Assembly: GCA_964035545.1 (NCBI GenBank)
Contig: CAXIUT010000052.1
Span: forward strand, 1-12,555
Direction of reading: 5' to 3'
Origin: Bugula neritina
Taxonomy: Eukaryota > Animalia > Bryozoa
Length of the DNA stretch: 12,555 nt
Shown: positions 1 to 7,954 of the stretch, piece after piece
How the letters are laid out: every line of letters begins with the position of its first letter
Numbering within the stretch: position 1 is the first letter of the stretch
Translations under genes and position numbers: made by a program
Notes under the pieces: model-generated
Database searches by the model: none
The model's input: the letters and a program-made list of their open reading frames with translations, nothing else
Told to the model about the DNA's origin: nothing

Positions 1-99
1 CCCAACCCCAACCCCAACCCCAACCCCAACCCCAACCCCAACCCCAACCCCAACCCCAACCCCAACCCCAACCCCAACCCCAACCCCAACCCCAACCCC
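1..99 (+). repeat. Left telomere, (CCCCAA)n, C4A2 ciliate type
   Basis: Perfect CCCCAA tandem repeat from base 1 to 99 with the C-rich strand at the 5' end, followed by AT-rich subtelomeric sequence. Confidence 0.98.
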
Positions 100-185
100 T
101 TGTTATTTTTAAAAAATATAGAAAGATATATTTAAAATACTAGCTATATGATAGAATAGAAATAAGAATAAAGTAATTATAAACA

Positions 186-1181
186 TCATAACATGAAGTT
201 AGAAAACTTCTGGTATGTAGATATTATTGATACACACTCCACTTTTAACTCATTATCAAGTCCATCAAAAGTCGAATTACTCTTTTCAATTCTCTTCTCA
301 CCCGAAAGTTTAACCCAACTAATCTTTTTAAATCTTTTTAAGATTTGCTTCATCTTTGAAGGGGAATCGTAACTCATATAATCTTCTTCGATGTTTAATC
401 CAGCCATAATGCTAAGGACAGCTCCCATTTATTCGAGGCAGTATGTAAGGTTGATTCCAAGGTTAATGATAGTATTGAAAGTGAAGATCAGAACCTGCAT
501 GAGTAAGGAGTATATTTTTGTCAAAATTATCAGATAAAATACCAACGGTAAAGCACATATGTAGACTATTTTAAAGGTGTCTTTTAGAAGATATTCTGAG
601 TAAGGACATGTCACCCAATATTCCCTTTTGATGGTCAAGATGTTGATCATGACATCTTTCAGTCTTAATAACTCTTTGTTAGCTTTTTAGCAACCTCTTC
701 CAAGAGCTCTGAAAGGGTAACTGAAGACCTTGATAAGATCAAGGGTAAAAGCCATCTGTGTTGAAAGTCCAAGAAGCCCAAGGACAAGGTAGAAAAGGAT
801 AGTAATCATTTTAATGGCCTCTGATTCTTTAAGAAAGGCAGAGTAATCGGGAAGATCTATTACCCAATTTAAACTAAGAAGGAGTAGTTGGTATGTTATT
901 GTAACTATCGCTTCCACTAAGTAACAGTGATAGTCGATAAGCCACTCAGAAAAGATCATACCCAACAACATATTTGTAAGGATCTTAACATACTCTTGCA
1001 TTTCTTTTTTGCCTGAATGGTTGACTTGGGTCCATCTTCTGGATAGATTGGAAGCAAGCTAACTCTTCTAGCAAAGAGGAGCAAGGAGAGCAAGAAGAGC
1101 GCAAGAAGTCCAATTGGATAGGACGACTGCGATAGAGAAAAAGGCTGAAAATGAGTTGAACGCTATCTTTTTGACTGCCAT
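186..1181 (-). CDS. Multi-pass membrane protein, probable divergent PIG-Q/Gpi1 (GPI-GlcNAc transferase subunit), 331 aa
   Basis: Track ORFs 186-428, 429-650 and 687-1001 share one frame and join when TAA/TAG=Gln. ATG at 1181 (MAVKKIAFNSF...), TGA at 186-188. Segments ILTNMLLG, LNWVIDLP and GLLGLSTQMAFTLDLIKVF recall Gpi1 motifs. The CDS is solid; the family call is by eye only. Confidence 0.6.
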
Positions 1182-1240
1182 CTCAACTTAAATATTATTT
1201 TTTTATTCCATTAATACCAACATTTATTAAATTTAGATTT
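1182..1240. promoter_or_regulatory. 59-bp AT-rich divergent (bidirectional) promoter region
   Basis: Only 59 bp separate the ATG at 1181 (-) from the ATG at 1241 (+). Confidence 0.6.
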
Positions 1241-2041
1241 ATGGCTTAACAAGGACCTCAAATACCACAAGCACCAGCTGCTCAAAATAAACCTGAAGAA
1301 AAAAGAGGTTTCGGCAGAGGAGGAGACAACAAGAAAGGAGGCAAAAGACCAGAACGCAAGAAAGAAGAAGTTGAATGGAAACCCGTCACTAAACTCGGAA
1401 GACTCGTCAAGAGCAAACTCATTGATAACATTGTTGATATCTTCCGCTTCTCTATCCCTATCAAGGAACAAGAAATTGTTGATATTTTCCTTGGATCCAG
1501 CATCAAAGAAGAAGTTATGGAAGTTAAATCTGTTCAAAAACAAACCCAAGCTGGTCAAAGAACCCGATTCAAAGCTTATGCTATTGTTGGTGATGAAAAA
1601 AATTACATTGGATGTGGATGGAAATGCCATAAGGAAGTTCAAGGTGCCATTAAAGGAGCAGTTGCTATGGCCAAAATCAACCTTATTCCAGTTAGAAAAG
1701 GCTATTGGGGTAACAAAATCGGAGCAACCCACACTGTCCCATGCAAAGTTACAGGAAAGAGCGGATCAGTTAAGGTGAGATTGGTGCCAGCTCCCAGAGG
1801 AACAGGTTTGGTCGCTCCTCCAGTTACCAAGAAACTATTCAACTTCGCTGGTATTAAGGATATCTACACCAAAACTGAAGGATCTACCAGAACTAGAGGA
1901 AATTTCGTTAAGGCAGCTTTTGCAGCTATTAAGGCAGCTTTTGAATACAACAGTCCTGACTTCTGGGGCAAGAGTGTAGTTGCTGACCATCCTTACGTTG
2001 TTCACAGAAACTTCCTTGAAAGTGAGAAGTTCAAAAACTGA
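1241..2041 (+). CDS. RPS2: 40S ribosomal protein S2 (uS5), 266 aa
   Basis: ATG GCT TAA(Gln) CAA... runs in frame into EWKPVTKLGRLVK, VQKQTQAGQRTRFKA, HTVPCKVTGKSGSVKVRLVPAPRGTGLVA. TGA at 2039-2041. No intron. Confidence 0.98.
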
Positions 2042-2132
2042 GATAATGATCATAAGCTCTATGTAAATCATATTATAATCTATATTATATTATCTTTAAC
2101 AGATTAAATCAACTAATCAAAAGTATATTAAA

Positions 2133-3283
2133 TCATTCATAATAGAGGTAAGGAGCATTCTGATGATTAGAATCAGAATCAGAGTAATCTGAAGAAACAT
2201 TTTGAAAGTTGATATGATCTTTTGTTTTTCTTCCTTTTTTCTTCAAAAAGCAACTATCTCTCTGCTGGAATGCCTGTAAACTCTTCCGACCGATTATATT
2301 GAGAAGTGTCTAATTGTTAATTCCTTCAAATTCTTCCATTATTTCATTTGAAGTAGGCACATGAGAATATCTTTTCATATGTTTGGGAACACATTGAGAT
2401 TATCTTCTTCCATTAGCTTGTGCTACTTTACAAGCAAATTATTCGCAAATAACTTGATAATACTGTCTTTTTTGTTGCTATAATCGAAGTTATTCTTTGG
2501 TATCTACCAGTTCATTCCACATAGATTGAATTATTTTTTTCATTTCTGATATTTTCCTATCTTTAAGTTCTATTTTTGACGAAAGTTCTTAATTCACTAA
2601 CAAACATTCCTGCATTTGCATTATAATTTTTTCAATATTTCTACCCTTAGCCTACCATTCCTGTGTCTCATCTGAATCAACTCCTTTTCTTCTTTTTTTA
2701 GAGTGATTTTTCTTCATTTCTTTTTAGCAAGATTATTGTCGACGACCATTATCTTTACGATTTAAAATTGTAAGATATTCGTTAATGTTACTAATAAATT
2801 TTTAAGTTTTTTGAGGCTAATTCTAAGTTTCATTGAGCTCTTGTGTAAGATATTGTTGTTGCTATTTGACTGTTTAGTTATTTTTTTTTACCTTTTTCAC
2901 TGGTTTACTTTGTGTTTTTAAACCAATCTAAACATTATTAGTTTGTCTGGAAATCGAATTATTACTACTTCTATTAGATATATTGGCAGTATCTCTGTTA
3001 GATTTATCTCCAAAAATTTGAGAAGAACTATTGCTTCCCCCTTTATGATGTTTCCTATGAGACTATCTCTCTTTTTTAATGAGTAATTGTTGAATATAGT
3101 TACTTTCATCAGTCTGTAGATTATGGATGAGACTATCATAAAGGTTTTATTTTGAATTATCTGCCGTATTAGTGAGAGGAGATGACTTAGCTAAGGCTGG
3201 AGCAGACTTATCTCTGCAAATTTCTAACTTAAAACTGAGATACTTGCATAGGCCAGACCTGACTTATATTTAGAACTTATCAT
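2133..3283 (-). CDS. Hypothetical low-complexity/coiled-coil protein, about 376 aa, one 20-nt intron (3224-3243)
   Basis: A TGA-free frame of more than 360 codons runs down to TGA at 2133-2135. ATG at 3283 (MISSKYKSGLAYA) joins it once GTATCTCAGTTTTAAGTTAG is removed. Contains N/S/Q-rich parts, a basic KKRRK stretch and a heptad-like segment (IEKIIMQMQECLLVNQELSSKIELKDRKISEMKKIIQ). Confidence 0.75.
3224..3243 (-). other. 20-nt spliceosomal intron
   Basis: GTATCTCAGTTTTAAGTTAG; removal links the ATG exon to the long downstream frame and it fits the consensus of the other four introns. Confidence 0.7.
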
Positions 3284-3339
3284 TTGTAATTTCTATCGAT
3301 GGTTATTTTCATGATATTTATACCTACCTAACAAATCAA

Positions 3340-3711
3340 ATGGATAAACATATTTCCTTGAATTCTAAATAAAAATATACTTTTCAACGAAAAGCTGATC
3401 GAGGGATAATCATAAATAATGATCCTAAAATGAAAATAACAAAAATAGTTAATCTTCACAAACCAATTCAGTTTCTTTTTAGTGATAAAAAAATAACTAT
3501 TAAAGCTGGGTTAAATTGTATGAGTGAACTAGGTTGGCTTGAAGTATCTGGTCATAGTTGGTAAAATGTTATATTCAGTCTTGTTTTGATTTCTAGAAAA
3601 GAAATACTTATGGTAGAACATATTATTGAAACACTTAATTTTTTCAATTCCACATAAGATTTAATTGAAGTCTACGAAGGAAACTCTGATATTCAGAATG
3701 CCCATCTTTGA
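3340..3711 (+). CDS. Small protein, 123 aa, possibly divergent Alba-like nucleic-acid-binding fold
   Basis: ATG at 3340 to TGA at 3709-3711 under TAR=Gln, sitting 56 bp from the divergent neighbour. IQFLFSDKK...MSELGWLEVSG...VIFSLVLI...VEHIIET loosely patterns like eukaryotic Alba proteins (by eye). Confidence 0.55.
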
Positions 3712-3818
3712 ATATCGCATAAAAATAATGATTTTTTAAGCAATTTTATTCAAAATTTTTATTTTAGTAGATTTAGAAGACAAATAAATAAAATATTTGA
3801 ATCAATACTTTGTGTCGA

Positions 3819-4362
3819 TCAAAAGATCAGTTGTAGACTAAAGATAATAATAGCTATTCCTAAAAAACAAATGAAAACTAATTTTAAACATGAACTTATT
3901 GTTCTTTCTTCGGATTCATCTTTTATATCTCCAATATGACTCTAAATAATCCAATAATTACCCAAGTAGTAACTCCTATACTTGGTATAAATAAAGAACC
4001 AGCGAAAGGATAGCCCATAATAATGTTATTTCTTGTTTGCTATGTTCTTGAAGAAATTATATCTGCATTCAATATTTTTGGTTTATTTTCAGGAAGAGGT
4101 CTTTCAGGTAACTATACTTCATCTGCTTAAGGCTGTTAATTTTCGATAAAAAGAGGGTAAACATCTTAACGAGATACTACTTATTTGCAAAGAGAACAAC
4201 GACCCTATGAAAGAGATTGATTGTGAAAGCAAGACCAACTGAATAAATAATCAATTACCAGAAGAGATGACCACATCTAGTTAAGACGGGAAGATGTGCT
4301 TTATGCTGACAGAAGAGACAATTAAAGGTTTAAATACTTTCTTTTAGTTCTTACTCCATCAT
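3819..4362 (-). CDS. RNF5/RNF185/RMA1-like C3HC4 RING E3 ubiquitin ligase with C-terminal membrane anchor, 167 aa, two 20-nt introns
   Basis: Spliced product: FNCLFCQHKAHLPVLTRCGHLFC|WSCF...CSLCKQVVSRQDVYPLF...LPERP...GVTTW|SHIG...LVFICFLGIAIIIFSLQLIF-TGA. The RING motif, the P-x-RP motif and the hydrophobic tail are typical of the family. Confidence 0.88.
3942..3961 (-). other. 20-nt spliceosomal intron
   Basis: GTAATTATTGGATTATTTAG; removal yields the C-terminal transmembrane helix expected for the RNF5 family. Confidence 0.8.
4239..4258 (-). other. 20-nt spliceosomal intron
   Basis: GTAATTGATTATTTATTCAG; removal restores CGHLFCWSC of the RING finger. Confidence 0.93.
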
Positions 4363-4464
4363 TTATTCATTTAAATATAAAAAAACTTTTAAATAGGTCT
4401 ATCCTTAAATTAATAGATAAAAGATAAATAATCGGTATTACAACAGTATTAAATAATAATATCT

Positions 4465-5258
4465 ATGTCCGTATAAGTGATTCTCTCTTCCAAACAGTTA
4501 GAACTTAACTCCAATAACAAAACCATTTTAAACCTAAAAGCAAGTTTTAGTGATCTATCACACCACACTGTTGCCCTTTTCAAAGTATTTCTTATTTGAA
4601 CTAGGTTAGAACAAACTCAAAAGACATGATTGATGTCCGTCCTTCCTTTGGTATTTTGAGAGATCCCAACGATAACATTTCTACTCTTAATATTCACTAT
4701 GTAGGAAAACCTTAAGACATTCGTAAAATGAAACTACAAGTTAGTTGGGTCTGGGGGTAAGGAGTTCCAGATAAAAAATTGAGTCATAGTCAGTTTTCAG
4801 AAGTTTATTTGGCTATGAAATAAAAACTAACAAAGGAAAAAGTTCAAATGGTTGAATTCCTATCTCATGATCTAAGCAAAGACTCAGAAACATTGGTATT
4901 TAATTAAAAATCAAAAGCTGAAATTCATAATGAAAATGAATAATTTTTAGATGAGAAAGAATAAGGTCTTATCGAAAATACAGGGTAAAAACTTCAATCA
5001 TCAGAATAATCTAAATCAAATAAGAAATATACTTTGAAAATAGTATTATTTATCGCTATAGTTTTCTTTATTTTTGGTATTCTAACCGGCTATCAGTTAT
5101 AAAAGTTGATTAATCCTACAATAATGTCTCGTTAAAATGCATAAAATATCTTGGAATAGACCAACTAATTATAAACAATCTAAGCTGAAGTCACAGAAAA
5201 TAAAGAAATCTCATTTTAAGATAATAAGCCTATTGATTTAGTTGATGATGTTTTATGA
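4465..5258 (+). CDS. VAP/Scs2-like MSP-domain membrane protein, 257 aa, one 20-nt intron (4585-4604)
   Basis: ATG at 4465; spliced ALFK|VRTNSKDMIDVRPSFGIL matches the MSP signature FKVKT...VRP..G. TM helix IVLFIAIVFFIFGILTGY, then a polar tail and TGA at 5256-5258. Confidence 0.8.
4585..4604 (+). other. 20-nt spliceosomal intron
   Basis: GTATTTCTTATTTGAACTAG; removal restores the FK-VRT MSP motif and the reading frame. Confidence 0.92.
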
Positions 5259-5770
5259 TTGTTTTGTTAGATTTTTAAAGTATGAAGACCCTTAATAGCA
5301 GACAGTAAATGATTATGATATTTACAAATAAATTTCATAATCTAATAAGTAATATAAATGATTCCTTTCTTAGAGTTAAAAATCAAATTTAATTTGTTCA
5401 GATAAATAAGAAAATATTTCTAACAGAAAAAAATAAATTTGATCATTGAAATACCAGTCAATCTAAATGCTAGTTTGAATATTTTCATCAACATATGAGT
5501 TTTTCTATGTTTTTAAAATATTAGACTTTATCTGCAAGATATTATCTTTATTAATACTTCTAGTTGCCTTATTTATAATTTTATACACTCTAAAGACTCA
5601 TCATAAAATCGAGTAAAACACAATATCGACCTTAATGAAATTTTGAGATTTTTATCAACAGCTACAGACTATAATATAAACATTTAAATTGTTATTTTTA
5701 ATTTATTTCGATTTCTTTTTCAGCCTACTTTGATTCAAATTTTTGACGAATTATGATTAGTTTAAGTTTA

Positions 5771-5801
5771 GTTGAATAGATAGTGAAAGTATGAAAGAAA
5801 A
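5771..5801 (+). repeat. 31-bp dispersed intergenic repeat, copy A
   Basis: GTTGAATAGATAGTGAAAGTATGAAAGAAAA matches 7355-7385 at 27/31 positions without gaps. Confidence 0.7.
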
Positions 5802-5862
5802 GATAAATTAATATAAAATCTGGCGGTTTTAGACAGAGGTTTAGAAGATTATGTGGTAGGTC

Positions 5863-5871
5863 CCGACGAAT
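5863..5871 (+). promoter_or_regulatory. Candidate promoter motif CCGMCGAAT, 62 bp upstream of the first Cys-rich gene
   Basis: CCGACGAAT; a near-identical CCGCCGAAT lies 60 bp upstream of the second Cys-rich gene. Confidence 0.45.
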
Positions 5872-5924
5872 TTATTTATTATGTTGCTCAATGATTATAT
5901 TCTTAAAATTAAAGGTTGGTCTGG

Positions 5925-6854
5925 ATGACAAAAACAGCTATCCTGTTACTCCTTCTGGCTGCAGTAGTAATGAGTTACAACTGCCCGAGCTGCAAACCTG
6001 CCATCAAAATAAAAAATTGTCCTCAAGCTTACTGTTATCGATGCAATCGAAATGAAGTCTTCAATCCTTAAACCCTCTACTGTGAATGCAAACCTGGATA
6101 TGTACCTATCAATGGCTTTTGTGGCAAATGCAGAGACGGCTACGAGTATGATCCAGTTATGCATCAATGCACCGGCATCAACCCATGTAAAATCAATCAG
6201 CACCTTGTTAATGGAGTCTGCAAATGTCTACCTGGCTTGAGAGTCATCAGAAATATCTGTCAGAGATGTCCCATTAATCAAACATACTTCCCATAACATG
6301 ATGGATGTAGATGTTCACCAGGTTACAGTCTGGTCAATGGATCATGTATTTTCATCGTCTGCAAGGAAAATGAAGTCTACTCAGCTGAAGATCAAGCCTG
6401 TGTCTGCGCATTCGGCTATCATATCATCAATGGTACTTGTGATCAATGTAACAGCAATGAAGTATACGACCCAGTCGAGCAAGGCTGCACCATTTTTGTG
6501 CCTCCTGTATGTGGAATGCATGAATATTGGTACGCATGCTGCTGTTTCTGTGAAAGAGGATACGTCAGAATCAGAGGAAAATGTGCCACATGCCCCAGAT
6601 TTTCTTCATACAACTGGCAAACAGATAGTTGTCAATGTGACCCAGGATACTACTTTGTTGGAGAGTAGGTGAGAGTAATTCCCTACCAAGAAATCGATAC
6701 TGGAAGTTCTATATCAAGCAATCCAAGCTATGCTTACTCCTACAATGCTGATACTCAATCATCACCTGCTAGTAATTATGATGCTTCAGGTATTAATACA
6801 CACGCTCCCAACATTAATGTATACACAGTCCCTCCAGTCTATAGATACAGATGA
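5925..6854 (+). CDS. Secreted cysteine-rich repeat (EGF/furin-like CxC-xxGY) protein, 309 aa
   Basis: Signal peptide MTKTAILLLLLAAVVMS; repeats of the type CxxNEVY...CxCxxGYxxxNGxCxxC; Ser/Tyr/Pro-rich tail; TGA at 6852-6854. Frame is continuous with TAR=Gln. Confidence 0.9.
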
Positions 6855-7354
6855 TTAATCTAGCATATTTTATATCTTTGAACCTATTAATAAATAGTAT
6901 TCAATAGTATTATTATATCATTCAAAAAAATCATCATCAATTGCCATCATCAACTTCTTAAGCATAGATCAAGATTTCTTCTTCTTTGTCCAAAAGATCT
7001 AATGTTTTTCAACCAATTTATAGAGTTTTAATTCCTTTATTTGTGACTTCTTGTTGTGCTTTCTGGTCATAAAAAATCATCACTGAAAAGTTTCAAGCCT
7101 AATTTTGTCATCAAACTAGTACCAACGAATTGATAACCAAAAATATAGTTTCTATATTTGATTTGTCTCTGTCATTAGTAACTTTGATAGCAATTTGAAG
7201 GAAATCATTTTGAAAAATTCTGCCTGTTCATAGTAGAATATGTCTCCTTGAGTACTCAATATCAATTCAAAGATCTTAAATCTAAAAAAAAATGACTTTT
7301 TCTTCCTAAAAAAGTTGAAAAAGATGATTTGATTTTCTCAAAAATATTTACGAT

Positions 7355-7385
7355 GTTGAATCAATAGTAAAAGCATGAAAGAAAA
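7355..7385 (+). repeat. 31-bp dispersed intergenic repeat, copy B
   Basis: GTTGAATCAATAGTAAAAGCATGAAAGAAAA, 27/31 identical to 5771-5801. Confidence 0.7.
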
Positions 7386-7894
7386 AGATCGAGATGATTG
7401 TTATTATGATATTTTCTAAAAATCTAAATTATTTGAAGCTTTTGATAAATTGAAATCATATTCTCTTTCAGGCTTTTTTATGATTTTAAAAGTTTTAATT
7501 CAAATTTTACGAAATCAACTTAAATTATTCATATGTAATAGTAAATTAATTAGTTATGATAGATTATTTAAGATAAAATTATCAACCAAAATCTCATCTT
7601 GACTTTATGAAGATTGAAAATATCTCTTTTATGAGCTCTACCTTTAAATTTTTATAATTATTGATAAGTTTTTAACTAGATTTTACAAAGTAGTTTGAAA
7701 TTGAGAAAAATTATCTTTTTGATGACTTTTTATCTTAAAGAAACAATGCTAGTTGATAGAATATACTAGAAGGAGAGATGTTATTTGAAGGAAGGGGAAG
7801 TCGATCGGAAGACAGGGCCAGGCCAGAGACAACAAGAGAGGCTAGGAGGAGTAGCTGTGAGAAAAATGAGATGCGTCTGAAGGAAAGCTGTATT

Positions 7895-7903
7895 CCGCCG
7901 AAT
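7895..7903 (+). promoter_or_regulatory. Candidate promoter motif CCGMCGAAT, 60 bp upstream of the second Cys-rich gene
   Basis: CCGCCGAAT followed by ATTTA, at nearly the same spacing as the copy at 5863. Confidence 0.45.
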
Positions 7904-7954
7904 ATTTATGAGGAAATGCCAATCATAATAATATAATTGTTTAAGAAGCAAGAA

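Noticed and set aside
3280-3312. Euplotes-like +1 frameshift at AAA-TGA linking ATG 3312 to the long minus-strand frame
   Set aside because: ATG 3283 plus a consensus 20-nt intron explains the gene more simply and matches the other four introns.
3709-3939. In-frame continuation past TGA 3709-3711 (possible TGA=Trp or Sec readthrough)
   Set aside because: The extension crosses an AT-rich spacer and then runs antisense over the RNF5-like last exon. No other gene needs a sense TGA, and Trp is TGG.
6901-7380. Protein-looking minus-strand frames in the spacer between the Cys-rich genes
   Set aside because: The frames I read contain several TGA stops and no recognisable motif or consensus intron. 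Such stretches are expected in AT-rich DNA with one stop codon.
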